Positions 41,954-53,504 of a stretch of DNA of 64,000 bases are shown here, piece by piece. Under the pieces are notes generated by a model. It did no database searches and was not told the origin of the DNA. It saw nothing but the letters and a program-made list of their open reading frames with translations. The stretch lies in assembly GCA_963808625.1 (NCBI GenBank), contig CAWEHK010000021.1, positions 96,001-160,000 on the forward strand. Reading direction: 5' to 3'. Position numbers and translations under genes: made by a program. Numbering within the stretch: position 1 is the stretch's first letter; each line of letters starts with the position of its first letter. The stretch comes from an uncultured delta proteobacterium. Lineage in GTDB: Bacteria > Desulfobacterota > Syntrophobacteria > Syntrophobacterales > Syntrophobacteraceae.

Positions 41954-42500
41954 TTAAGGGTGGCAAGGTTTAAGCCGGACAGAATCGATAGGAAACAAGG
42001 CTGAGTGGGCGAGAATTCGTGGCAGCGACAGGTTGGCCTCGTCTTGAGAATCGAGCAATGCCTCGACTATCCATGAAATTTCCTTGGCGTCACGTGGTTC
42101 CATGACTCGTCCACGTAGATAGATTCCCGGTTTCTTGCCCTCCTGCAGAGCCCCTGACTCAAGAAACGTACTGAGATTGTAGCGAACTGAGCGATAGACG
42201 AAGTGACGGTCCCCGAACCGTTCGCGGATCCGGACGTTGACCTGGGAAGCATGAGCCTCGCCCTGCAAACGGAGAAGGCGCCCCGTTGCCTCGGCGACGT
42301 GTGCGATGAAGGGGTAAGCGGCCATGCACATGCCCCAGTTGAGAAGAAATGCGCTGTCTGCATCGGGCCTGTGGCGGAACATCTCCAAAGCCTCGTCGCG
42401 GAGCGCCGTGCAATAGGCCGGTGGCTTGATCCAGACGCGGTTCAGGTAAACGAAGACCTTCCGGACGGTCTCCTTGCCCTGGTGCCTGTCTTGGCAGGTG
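41954..42500 (-). pseudogene. 3' portion of a BREX type-3 terminal gene (BrxA-like), 5' end lost
   Basis: LNWGMCMAAYPF, TGRLLRLQGE, RERFGDR...LSTFLESGAL; recognised from memory of BREX-3 loci. Confidence 0.55.
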
Positions 42501-42689
42501 AGACAATTACCCTCGAATGCGGGGATGCTCCAACGAGAGAACTTCGGTGCCAGTCTGTTGGCCGTTTTTCCTGGTCGGGAATACAACCGGCCGGCTTTCC
42601 GTTTCATTCGGCCACCGCAGTTCCATCAGACCACCGCGGCGCTTGGTTGTTGTCACGCTGCGATGTAATGACGGTCTTTCACTATGCGC

Positions 42690-43284
42690 ATTCACCCCTT
42701 CTGCCCTGTGGAAGATATTGCACAATCACTATGAGGATTTCAGGGTCGGCTATGACGAGCATTGTGAGAAGCAGTATGGGTTCTTTCGGCCGGTGGTGGA
42801 TGAAGTCGTCGAGGAATACTTGAGATGTGGAGACTTGCACGAAGGATTCGCCAGAGTCCGCTGCACAAATCCGGATTGCCGGCATGAATACCTTTTGGCG
42901 TTTTCATGCAAGAGCCGCTGGTTCTGCCCCAGCTGCCATTCCAAGAAAACGATTCAGTTCGGGGAGGACGTTCCCAACAATATCCTTTTCCCTGTGCCGC
43001 ATCGACAGTTTGTCTTCAGCATCCCGATCATGCTGCGCATCTATTTCAAATACGACCGGAAGCTCCTGACACGGCTTTACCACTGCGCCAACGACAGCCT
43101 GCAGAGGTTCTTCCGTACGGTGCCGGGCCTTGATGACGGCATCCTGGGGATGGTCATGGTGATCCACACCTTCGGGGATTACGCCAGGTTTCATCCCCAT
43201 CTTCATGCCATCGTCACAGACGGGCTTTTTCGACCTGACGGGACCTTTTACTGCCTCCCCAAGACAGAGTTTAAATGTTCATGA
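42690..43284 (+). mobile_element. IS91-family (Y2/HUH) transposase, truncated
   Basis: YLRCGDLHEGFARVRC...AFSCKSRWFCPSC zinc domain, PHRQFVFSIP, HTFG, FHPHLH; stops before the catalytic YxxxY region. Confidence 0.88.
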
Positions 43285-43400
43285 AAGGATGTTTCACCCC
43301 TGATGATGAAAATTGATACCCCCAAAGTCCAATGATTTCATGGGGGTTATTTTCACGGTAAAGCAAACAACATCGATTTTTGCCCCTGACCACCTGGCAA

Positions 43401-43910
43401 TCAGCGCGCCGGGCAGGAGAACTCGCCAATCTTGATTAGGATTTCAGTAAACAGCGCTGATCCGATATGAAACCCGGCTTTTTCGCGAAGCTGAATCATT
43501 GCTTCATGTATTGAGGGCAGATTCCCCTCTTGTTTGTCTCGAAGCAGTATTCCGAGAGTTCCGGTCACCTTCAGGCCAAAGTCTTTCGCTGTCTTGCGGC
43601 CCTCTCGTTCGTCCAATAAGGTCCACTTCGCATTCAGCTGCAGGGCAAGGGCAATGGCCTCTGCCTCGCCCTTATCGAGATCACGTTGAAGCAACCTCAC
43701 GAGCGCGCCGTCCATAGCCTCCTGAACCCGAATCCATCCATCCCCGACCGCTGTCCGCATCTCAACCGAACCGGGCAAATCTTCTTGAATGCGCAGTTCT
43801 TGCAGCACAGAAGGCGGAATCGTTATGCTGCCAAATTGACTCCGAAGCAAATCGAGTCTGCCGATGATTGCCAGATTCAGAAGCGGCGAGGTGTTACTCA
43901 CAGTTGGCAT
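43401..43910 (-). CDS. DUF3368 PIN-like putative toxin
   Basis: VSNTSPL, LDKGEAEAIALA, LLDEREGR, GTLGIL. Confidence 0.88.
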   Translation of the reverse strand: MPTVSNTSPLLNLAIIGRLDLLRSQFGSITIPPSVLQELRIQEDLPGSVEMRTAVGDGWIRVQEAMDGALVRLLQRDLDKGEAEAIALALQLNAKWTLLDEREGRKTAKDFGLKVTGTLGILLRDKQEGNLPSIHEAMIQLREKAGFHIGSALFTEILIKIGEFSCPAR

Positions 43911-44154
43911 AGATTAGATCGTCCGTCAGTTCTTCCTGACCATAATGCCTTGAGATGCCTCGCAGTCCCAACAAGCAGCCAAATTCATATTTGCCCATTG
44001 CTGCAAGTTCTCTGGCCTTACCGAAAGAGAGGGCTCCTTTCGCGTAAAGGGCAATGGCCAGTTCCACCAAAAGCTCCTGAGCCATCTCACCCTCCGGTAT
44101 GCGGATAGCGTCGACCACCGAGTCCGGAATGTGCAATTGTAGCGTCATTGTCAC
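43894..44154 (-). CDS. UPF0175-family putative antitoxin
   Basis: LAIALYAKGALSFGKARELAAM...EF...EELTDD; overlaps the DUF3368 start. Confidence 0.88.
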   Translation of the reverse strand: MTMTLQLHIPDSVVDAIRIPEGEMAQELLVELAIALYAKGALSFGKARELAAMGKYEFGCLLGLRGISRHYGQEELTDDLIYANCE

Positions 44155-44217
44155 TCCTGCGCTCTATTTTGCCAGTGATTATGAAAGGCATCTTGGGCAA
44201 ATATAGCGCGTTTGCCT

Positions 44218-44440
44218 TCAGCGTTCAATGCGCAACTTGTCCGCTCGTTCCCAAGCTCCAGGGCTTAGGGACAAACCAAGATTTATCAAGGGGATCTGCA
44301 TTTCCACGCACATCTTCTTGAGCAGGTTGGTTTTCCCTGAACCACTTCGTCCAACAACCAAGACTATCTTGTAATAGCAGGTATCGGCATGATTAATAGC
44401 CGCACTGTAGGCCAAATCCTTTAAGATATTCTGACTTTCC
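44218..44440 (-). pseudogene. brxF: 5' fragment of BREX-3 P-loop protein BrxF
   Basis: YYKIVLVVGRSGSGKT...PLINLGLSLS, then an abrupt switch to REP-like sequence. Confidence 0.65.
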
Positions 44441-44505
44441 ACTATTTGACGGTGTTTATTCGTGTGGCTTCGCAATGCTTCGTGTGCCTTCGTGGATGAA
44501 AGCTT

Positions 44506-46803
44506 TTATTTTGGACGGAGAGTGCTGCGCAGTTCGTCCAGTTCTTCAAGCATGGCCTGGCTGACCTGGTGGGCGCGCGTCAGGGTTTCAAGCAATGCCT
44601 GGCGTTCGGTGCCGTCGCGTATTTCTTTGGTCCGGAAGATCACCCAGATTCACTTGCACCATGTGTGCCCTGAGCTCGAACTCCCCGAGCAAACGACCGG
44701 CTTCTTCGTGCACGATCCGATACAGATAATCTGATTTGAATTTTGTCCTGGTATTCCTGAAAAGCCTGGGTGAGTTCTTTGCCGGCTTCTTTCTTCAAGA
44801 GCTTGGTCGCTTCCTCGACGAGGGTTTCACGCCGTTTTTCAGTGACGAGCAAATCGCTGGGCCTGCCAGGCTTCGAGCCCAGGCTCCCCAGCAGGCGTGT
44901 GAAGCTGGCGAGACCGAGTTTCATCAGGAGGATACCCCGCCCGATGGCCCCCTGATCCACGAAAGCACTGAAATTCGGGGGTGCGATGGTAAGCCTCTCC
45001 CGGCAACTCTCTTCGGCCGATTCGAACGCTGCAAAGTGGTCCTTGTCAAAGAGTCCCGACCCGCCGCGATAATCTTCCAGGGCGGTGGTAAAGAGGGTCC
45101 AGAACGCCTCTGAGGCCAGCCTGAGCCGTTCACAAAGGGCGGCTTCCTCCTGCTTGGCGAAGGCAATCACCTGCAAATTGACTTTTTCCACGAGGTAGCG
45201 CGCCAGGGTCTGCCGGAATTCCTGATACAGACGATGGAACTGCTGGAAGAGCCGCTTGGTGTCGAGTTGATCCGGCTGCTGTTCCAGGTGGATGGGATAG
45301 TTTTCCACCGCTTCCAGGGTTTCTTTGACGATACGACTCTGCGCAAAATCAAAATAGGGGTCCACCGCCCGGTCGATCTCGTCCCGAAGCGAGAGCTGCA
45401 GCCCGGAGATCGCATTCCTGAGCGTCTCCAGTGAGCCCAGGAGCCGCTCTCCCCTGTCCTTCAGGCCTGCCGCCGCCTGCCGTCGACCCTCGCGGCCCTG
45501 ATCGAGGAGCTCCCTCTGCGCCGCGGCCGTGTTCATCACACTGCCGGCAACCATGCCGAGGCGGCTGAGGCCGCTTCCGCAGAGGACCCGAAACCTTTGC
45601 CCACAAATCTCCTGGCTCAACGATTCCCGAAAGGCGTTGAAACCGGTTTCCGTCATTTGCGCCAGCGCCGCTTCTTCCTGCCATAGTTGCAGGTGCCGCC
45701 GTTCCCGCTCGGTCGCCGCATCCTCCAGTTGGGCAATAAGATGGTAGAGGGCCGAGAAGATGAAGAAGCGGGGGTCGCGCACCACCCAGGAGAGTTCGCT
45801 TCGGACGCGATCCGCCAGGCGTTCCAGATCTTCCTGATGGGGGTGATCATCGAGGTCGGCATTCAGGACGAAGAAGGTCTGGGGAAACATTTTCAGGGTC
45901 TTGATAAAGTCGAGGAGTCGAAAATCGGCTTCCCGCAAACCCGACCGGCTGCTCACGACGTAGAGGATAAAATGGCTCCTGAGCAGATATTGCTGCAACA
46001 GAGCAAAATGAAGCGGGTTGGGTGAATCGATGCCCTGGCAGTCGGCAAGTTCGATGCCTTCTCCCAGCCAGGTGACGGGGTAGTGGAGCTCCATGTCCCG
46101 GAGATAAACCGCCTGTCCCTCGGAACCCACATAATCGCTGGTGCTGCTCCAGGGAATGCTCGTCGAACACGAGCCGATACTTCGTGTCACCAAGAAACTG
46201 GTGCACCCGTCCATAGCCCTCGAGGTAACCCCGCACCAGCATATGACTCGGGTCGAGGTGGCCATCCTTATGCCGCCATTCATCCTGCATCCGCGTCAGC
46301 AGGAGCTTGAGCCGCTCACGATCGTCGGCGTTGCGGAGATCGAGTGAATGATTTTCATCCACCAGTTCGTAATAATGAGGGAGCATCTTCAGGGTGGTAT
46401 TCAGTTCGTCCAGGATTTGCGGCCAGGGTTTGAATTCGACCCAGCCTTCGGTTTTACCGTTGGTGATGAGGCGCGTGATGAAAGCGGTGATGATCCCTGC
46501 TCCCCGCTTGAGGAGGTCTCTTCCCACCAGGGCATTGATGAGGGTACTCTTGCCCGATTTGACCGTTCCCACCACGGCAATGCGCAACAGCGGGTCTTCC
46601 AGTGAGGATGTGACCTGGACCAATTGCTCTTGCCACCGGGCGGATGCAGCTTCTTCAACAACCTTGGAGGATTCGATCTCCCGAATGGTTTCTCCAAGGA
46701 TCGCCACCCGCTGAGCAATCTTCTTCTTGAATTCACGATATTCGGTCATGGCTCGCCGCCGTCCGGGTTTGGCGGGCGTTTCGCTCTTCTTCTTTCTTGG
46801 CAC
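44506..46803 (-). CDS. Bacterial dynamin-like GTPase, frameshifted
   Basis: G1 GTVKSGKST, G2-like IITA, G3 DCQG, long helical C-terminus; RBS AAGGAG before GTG 46803. Confidence 0.82.
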
Positions 46804-46876
46804 CCTGAAGCTCCTTATTCGGAAATAATCTTATGGACTGCCAGAAGGGTCTGAGTAACTATTCTTTGACTCACCG

Positions 46877-47821
46877 TCAGAGACGCAGAAGGGACGCAGA
46901 GAATCGAAGAATCCATTCCAGAATTTCATTCCTGCTATCCGCATGAAACCAGCGAAATTCCGGGTCTCCCCGGAACCAGGTCAGCTGCCTCTTGGCATAC
47001 TGACGGGTCGCCTGCTGCATTTCCGAGACGGCCGAGTCCCAGGAGGAAACGCCTCGCAGGTACGCCGCCATCTGCTTGTAACCCAGCGACTGCATGGGCT
47101 TCAGCTCGGGTCCGTAGCCCCTTGCCAGGAGTTGTCGCACCTCTTCGAGCAGACCCTCGTCGATCATCTGCAGCACGCGACGGTTGATTCGCTCATACAA
47201 GACATTGCGCTCGCGGTATAGGAAAATCTTAATGCTTCGGTAAATCCTCTCGTTGAAACGATGCTGCGCCTGCCGGAGCGAGAGGGGGCTCCCGGTCAGC
47301 CGATAGACTTCCAGTGCCCTCATGATGCGCTGGCGGTCATGAGGATGGATGCGTTGTCCCGCTTCCGGGTCGACCTCGCGCAATTCCTGGTGCAGGCTCG
47401 CCAGACCTCGATCCTCCAGCTCGCGGAGCAGTTGCTGCTTAAGCTCCGGGTCTCCGGGGGCGTCGGGGCAAATGCCCCTGGTGAGGACCTTCATGTAAAG
47501 ACCTGTTCCCCCGACGATGAGCGGGACCTTGCCCCGGTCCTGGAGGGTTTCGATCACCGGCCGTGCGAGCTCGGCATAGCGTGCTGCATCGAGGGGTTCA
47601 TCCGGGTCGGCCACATCGAGGAGATGGTGAGGGACGAGCGCGCGCTGTTCGGGAGTGGGCTTGGCCGTGCCGATATCCATGGTGCGGTATACCTGCATGG
47701 AGTCGGCATTGATGATCTCGGTCCCAAGGCGAAGGGCAAGCTCCAGGGCCAGTTCGGTCTTGCCGACTGCCGTTGGTCCTGCGAGGAGGATAAGCGGAGG
47801 AGAGTCGTGGGAGTAGGACAT
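46877..47821 (-). CDS. miaA: tRNA dimethylallyltransferase
   Basis: GPTAVGKT, DSMQVY, DIGTAKP, GGTGLY, YAKRQLTW. Confidence 0.97.
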   Translation of the reverse strand: MSYSHDSPPLILLAGPTAVGKTELALELALRLGTEIINADSMQVYRTMDIGTAKPTPEQRALVPHHLLDVADPDEPLDAARYAELARPVIETLQDRGKVPLIVGGTGLYMKVLTRGICPDAPGDPELKQQLLRELEDRGLASLHQELREVDPEAGQRIHPHDRQRIMRALEVYRLTGSPLSLRQAQHRFNERIYRSIKIFLYRERNVLYERINRRVLQMIDEGLLEEVRQLLARGYGPELKPMQSLGYKQMAAYLRGVSSWDSAVSEMQQATRQYAKRQLTWFRGDPEFRWFHADSRNEILEWILRFSASLLRL

Positions 47822-47845
47822 TCAATGATTACCTGTTCATCGCCC

Positions 47846-47916
47846 ATCAACCATCAACTATCAACTATCAACTATCAACCATCAACCATCAACTATCAAC
47901 CATCAACCATCAACCA
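47846..47916. repeat. 7-nt tandem repeats (CATCAAC/TATCAAC) between mutL and miaA
   Basis: About 10 heptamers starting right after the mutL stop. Confidence 0.88.
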
Positions 47917-47917
47917 C

Positions 47918-49746
47918 TCACGTTCGATGGAAAAGCCGGGCGATTTCATCATAGGTGAGCTTGAACCAGAGCGGGCGACCGTGCGGGCAGGTGGCGGCAA
48001 TCTGGGTCCGGTCCAGAGTCTGAAGCAGGTGGCGCACCTCTTCGATGACCAGCCTCTGGTTCGCCTTAATCGCCCGATGACATGCGGCGGTCTTCGCCAA
48101 TTCATAGAGGAGGCTCCACTGGGGGCTATGCACGTCCTCGGAGGCGCTCTCCAACAGGTCGCGAAGCAGGGCTTCCGGCGAGCAGTCGTCAAGGACCGCG
48201 GGGACCGAGTGCACCACAAAGGAATCTCCGCCAAAGGGCTCGATTTCAAAGCCCAGAACCTTGAGATGGCTCAGCCACTGTCGTAACGTCGCCGCTTCGC
48301 GGGGCAGGAGCTCCACCACCACCGACCGGACCAGCCTCTGGGCGGGTTCCCGCGACGATGAGGAAGAGAGCCGGTCGTAGATGATTCGCTCATGGGCCGC
48401 ATGCTGGTCGATCATGATGAGTCCATCCTCGGCTTCGAGCAGGAGGTAACTTTGGGCCAGTTGTCCCAAATAGGGCAGTCGTGAAAAAGATGGCTCCCCG
48501 GCCGGAAGCAAACCCGTGTCGAACGGACTTTGAAGGGGTGCGTCGATGGCCCCGCCGCCGGCTGACGCAAACCGGTCCGCAACCGGTCCCTGTAAGGCAT
48601 CGATCTGGCGGGGCACGGTAACGGGATTCCCTTGCGGCGAGGCGCCAAGGCCGCCGGCGATGGGGACCGGTGTCTCGTGGGCATACTGGCTTCTGGGAAA
48701 GGAACGGTATGACTGCATGGGGGCAAGGCGGTGGAATAGAGTTCCGTCTGCGGAATCGGGGCACCCTCCAGTGTTTGCCGCAAGGTTTCCCGCACCGCTT
48801 CCATGATTTCGCCCGGATTGCGAAAGCGAATTTCGCGCTTGGTCGGATGCACATTCACATCCACGAGAGCGGGCGGGACCTCAACAAAGAGCACGACGAC
48901 CGGAAATTTCCCCCTGGCGATGACCGTTTCGTAGGCGCTGAGAATCGCGCGGTTGAGCATCCGGTCCCAGACGGCCCGCCCATTCACATAGGCAAAGAGA
49001 TGGCCGGGGCCGGGCCGCTGTAAATCGGGGGTACTCATTAACCCGTGAATCCTGACCAGTTGGCTCTCCCTCGAGAAGGGCTGCAGTTTGGCCATGACAC
49101 CCGTTCCCAGGACCTGGCCGGCACGCTCGATCCGGTCTTTTACCTGGGGGAAATCGTACACTTGCCGGTCCTGATGGCTGACCCGGAAATGGACCTCCGG
49201 GCAGGCCAGGGATAGCCGAAGAAACTGGTCGCTGATATGGGAGAACTCGTTGTCGACCGAGCGCAAAAACTTGCGCCGGGCCGGAATATTGTAGAACAGA
49301 TCGCGCACGGTGACCGTGGTCCCCGCAGGACAGCCGGTTTCCCGAACCGATTTCAGGACCCCGCCGTCAAGGCGGATGACGACCCCCGACAGCGCCTCGG
49401 ACTCCCTCGTCACCAGTTCAAACCGACTGACCGCGGCGATGCTGGGCAGGGCCTCCCCTCTGAAACCCAGCGAGCGGATCGACTGCAGGTCTTCGATGGC
49501 CCTGATTTTGCTCGTGGCATGCCGCTCCAGGGCCAGCAGCGCGTCATCGGGCGACATCCCCGCGCCGTCATCCACCACCCGAATCTCCTTGCGGCCTCCC
49601 TGAACCAACGTCAGAGAGATCTTCCGGCTGCCTGCGTCGATGCTGTTTTCCAGCAACTCCTTGACCACGGCTGCGGGTCTTTCAACGACTTCACCCGCCG
49701 CGATCTGGTTGCAGATGATATCCGGAAGAATGGTGATTTTGGCCAT
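47918..49746 (-). CDS. mutL: DNA mismatch repair endonuclease MutL, frameshift near 48700
   Basis: IAAGEVVERP, GFRGEAL, DVNVHPTK, DQHAAHER, ACH, CPHGRP. Confidence 0.95.
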
Positions 49747-49822
49747 ATGTCGTTCTCCTTGGCAAGCACCATCATTATAGATTGCCCGAGCTTTCTCCAC
49801 AAGTCCTAACCTTCCAAATCTA

Positions 49823-49851
49823 TTGACAGATATGGACCATTCCAGTATGCA
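49823..49851 (+). promoter_or_regulatory. Putative sigma70 promoter
   Basis: TTGACA-17 nt-TATGCA. Confidence 0.5.
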
Positions 49852-49939
49852 GGTGATTAATTCGAGCTCAGTCTGCCGCCCCGCGCTCTCTCGCTCCCGC
49901 TGGTCTTCTTGGAATGAATGAAAAGAGGCGAGACCCAGG

Positions 49940-51383
49940 ATGAACGCTAATCCCTATCAATCGTTGGTGAGCCTTCTCAGTAATGTGCTGGAGGCATACA
50001 CTACCGCCTTTTTCGTGTTCGACTCGCGAACGCGACAGCTCCATCTGGTGGCTTCGCAATCCCTCAGCAAATTTGTCCGGGAAACGGTTTCTCTCCCTCT
50101 GGAACAGAGCGGTATTCTCTCGCAGGTTCACAAGATCGGCCAGACGATCCATCTCGACAAGCTCAAGGAAGACTTCCCTGACCCTGCCCACCACGGTGCC
50201 CTTTTACCGTGAAGGGGAAGCGCTCCTCAAAGCGATCTACGCCATGCCCGTGGGCGATGGCGCGGGCGTGCTCTACGTCGACACCAAGTATGGGTGGGGA
50301 TTCAGCGACAAACAGCAGAAGTGGATTCAGGAAATCGCCGCGGTCCTTCACCAGCTCCTCCAGCGACAGGAGAGCCAGGCACAGCAGCAGGACAGCGCCG
50401 GTATTCTTGCCTTCTGGTACAAGGTGGATGAAATCGTCCATGCCGGGCAGTCGGTGATCGAATCAAGCAAACGCTTTACTGGTGAGTGCGCGAGACTTCT
50501 GAGCAGTGACTACGGCTTTATCGCCCTCAAAGAATACGGCCGGCCTCACTACCACCTGCTGGCGGGCACCCCCAATGTCCCTCCGACACTGCTTGAGCAG
50601 CGTTTCCTGGTGAAGCAGGGGCTCGCCGGCTGGGTTTTTCAAAATGACAAGGAGATATCGATCCCCAGGCTGAACCCACAGACCCCGGAGCACTTCCTGT
50701 TTACCCCGGCAGAGGGTCTGCCCCATCATGGCGCCCTCTGGGCACTGCCCGTCCCGATGGCCCTGGGACATACGCTGGCGCTGATTTTCCTGTCGCAGGC
50801 TCCCCGTGAATGGGACCCGGACAACCAGCGTGCGGTATCCTGCGCCCTGCGTTCGTTTGCGCTCCATCTCGACCAATTCAGTTTGAAAGAGGAGTGCGAC
50901 CAACTTCACACCTATGACCTTTCCACAGGAATTCTCAATGGCATGGCTTTTACCGCCAGAATGGAAGAGCTCCTGGCAACCTCGATGCAGCACAGCACGC
51001 CCTTCGCTCTCGCACTGATGCAGTTCGAACCCTGGCACATGCTGCACACGACCGCATCACCGAAACAAATCCTGCAATTCCAGCGGGAACTGGCTTCGAG
51101 CCTGAGTATCTTGGCCCCGTCGGAGGTTTGCCTGGCGCAAATCGCAGAAAACCGCCTGGGTTTCCTCTTTCCGCACATGTCGTTTCAGGACGCCAAGCCC
51201 ATCCTTACCCATCTGATGGATCGGGGGAAACAGATTCTCGGCAGCTATTTCAAGGGGATGAGAGTGAGATCTTATCTTGGGCTGGTCGGTTATCCCCAGG
51301 ATGGCACCAGGATCGAGGAATTATGGCCCCTCGCTTATCGGCGTCTCTATTCCGGACTCCATGTGAAGGCGGTTGATGGTTGA
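49940..51383 (+). CDS. GAF-domain protein with degenerate GGDEF-like C-terminal domain, frameshift near 50170
   Basis: Two GAF-like regions (GVLYVD, GLAGWV); YDLSTGILN...F...GYPQDG without the GGDEF motif. Confidence 0.7.
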
Positions 51384-51468
51384 TGGTTGATAGTTGATGG
51401 TTGATAGTTGATGGTTGATGGTTGAAGGTTGATAGTTCATGGTTGATGGGTAAGGGGTGATGGTTGAC
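51372..51468. repeat. 7-nt tandem repeats (GTTGATG/GTTGATA)
   Basis: About 12 heptamers overlapping the GAF gene stop; reverse complement of the 47846 array. Confidence 0.88.
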
Positions 51469-51564
51469 GAAAGTGATTGACCGAACAGGGCATCCTCTAT
51501 AGACTTTACGCCCGTTGAAAGAGCGCGGGAACACAGATAAAACGGCGGGGAAGAAGAGCTTCGT

Positions 51565-52587
51565 ATGCTTAATCGTCTATTAGGGTTCCTTTCCAAAGAT
51601 CTGGCCATGGACCTCGGTACGGCCAATACCCTGATCTATCTCAGAGGCAGGGGTGTGGTCCTCAATGAGCCTTCGGTAGTGGCCATCAATCAGGAATCCC
51701 ACCAGGTCATTGCCGTTGGCCAGGAAGCAAGGAATATCATCGGTCGTCACGGGCAGCGGGTCGCCACCATCCGTCCGCTCAAGGATGGCGTGATCGCCGA
51801 CTTTGAAGTCACCAGTATCATGATCAAGTATTTCCTGGCGAAGATTCTGAAGGGCCGTCAGCTCTTTCGTCCCAGGCTGGTCGTGGCCGTGCCGACCGGG
51901 ATCACTTCGGTCGAGAAGCGGGCCGTGATCGAGGCTGCCGAGCAGGCGGGAGCGAGGCAGATCCACCTCGTCGAGGAACCCATGGCGGCTGCCATCGGGA
52001 CCGGTTTGCCGGTTGATCAACCCTTTGGCAATATGGTTGTTGATATTGGCGGCGGGACCACGGAAGTTGCGGTGATTTCCATGTTTGCGGTGGCCTACAG
52101 CGAATCGGTGCGGGTGGCCGGAGACGAGGCCAACGATGCCATTGTGCGCTACGTCCAGCGCGAGCGCCAGATGATCATCAGCGAGATTCTGGCGGAAAAA
52201 GTGAAGATGAAGATCGGTTCGGCGGCGCCGTTGGTCAGTCCCGAATCCATGAATATCACCGGGAAAGACATTCTCAGCGGCATCCCGAAAACCTTTACGG
52301 TAACGGACGACGAAATCCGCGAAGCGATCAAGGAGCCGGTCCTGGTGATCGTCGATTCCGTGAAACGCGCGCTCGAAAAGACGCCTCCCGAACTGGCTGC
52401 AGATATCCACGACAAGGGATTCTGGCTGGCTGGAGGGGGCGCCTTGATCCGAGGGCTCGACCAGTTGCTTACTCAAGTTACCGGTATTAAAGTGCATGTC
52501 GCAGACGATCCCCTTACCTCAGTCGCGCGCGGGGCCGGGATGGTGATCGACCATATGGACTTCTTCCGCCAGGTTTTCATTAACTGA
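51565..52587 (+). CDS. mreB: Rod shape-determining protein MreB
   Basis: DLGTANT, PLKDGVIADF, EEPMAAAIG, DIGGGTTE, AGGGAL. Confidence 0.95.
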   Translation: MLNRLLGFLSKDLAMDLGTANTLIYLRGRGVVLNEPSVVAINQESHQVIAVGQEARNIIGRHGQRVATIRPLKDGVIADFEVTSIMIKYFLAKILKGRQLFRPRLVVAVPTGITSVEKRAVIEAAEQAGARQIHLVEEPMAAAIGTGLPVDQPFGNMVVDIGGGTTEVAVISMFAVAYSESVRVAGDEANDAIVRYVQRERQMIISEILAEKVKMKIGSAAPLVSPESMNITGKDILSGIPKTFTVTDDEIREAIKEPVLVIVDSVKRALEKTPPELAADIHDKGFWLAGGGALIRGLDQLLTQVTGIKVHVADDPLTSVARGAGMVIDHMDFFRQVFIN

Positions 52588-52644
52588 GGCAGGGTCGCTT
52601 GACCACTGACCCCTGACCACTTCTTTACAACCAAGGAGAGCGCC

Positions 52645-53323
52645 ATGTACGTGGGCTGGAATATGAAGACGAACCTGGTCACCGTATCACCTGAGACGTC
52701 CATTTTCAGGGCTCGGGAATTGATGGACGCGCGCAGGATTTCGCAGCTCCCGGTTACGGATGGCCGGGCTCACCTCCTGGGAATTGTGACCGACCGGGAC
52801 TTGAAGGAGGCTTGGGCCTCACCCGCAACGACCCTGAGTGTTCACGAACTGACCTACGTGCTCCAGAAGCTGACCGTGGCGAATATCATGACCAAGAAAG
52901 TCATTACCGCGACCCCGGATATGACCATCGAACGGGCCGCACGCCTCATCCACGATCATAAGATCAGCGCCCTGCCGGTGATCAAGGATGATAAACTGGT
53001 GGGGATTATCACCATCATCGACCTCTTGGAAGTCCTGCTCATGGCCCTCGGTCTGAGCGAAGACAGCAGCCGGCATCTCGCTTCTCGTGCGTGACCGCAT
53101 CGGCGTCCTGGCAGAAGTTACAGGCTGGATGCAGCGCTCGGAGATCAACATTCGCAGCGTCATGATCATGCCTCTTCCAAACCATCCCGATATTTGGCAA
53201 TTGATCCTGCGCGTATATCTGAAAGATGCCTCCAAAGCCGCCAGTGTCCTGACAGAGGCCGGCTTCAAGGTAATCACCGAATACGTCGAGGACCTCACTG
53301 CGTTCCTGCCCGAGCCCAGCTAG
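52645..53323 (+). CDS. CBS-pair + ACT domain protein (AcuB-like), frameshift near 53075
   Basis: GIVTDRDL...SPATTLSVHEL, KISALPV, DRIGVLAEV. Confidence 0.85.
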
Positions 53324-53450
53324 AGCCCTGCTCCACGTTCTCGGCATTTGCCGCACGGGACTGATTATGGCGAACTCAAGGCGACCGCAGTGCACCGCGC
53401 AATATGGGGTTGCACTCATTATTTTAATAACTTGCTGATGGCTATTCGTT

Positions 53451-53492
53451 GACCACTGACCACTGACCACTAGTCACTAACCACTAACCACT
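53451..53492. repeat. 7-nt tandem repeats (CCACTGA/CCACTAA); related GTGGTCA arrays at about 24234-24263 and 56493-56535
   Basis: Direct inspection. Confidence 0.8.
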
Positions 53493-53504
53493 GTTTTTAA
53501 ATCC

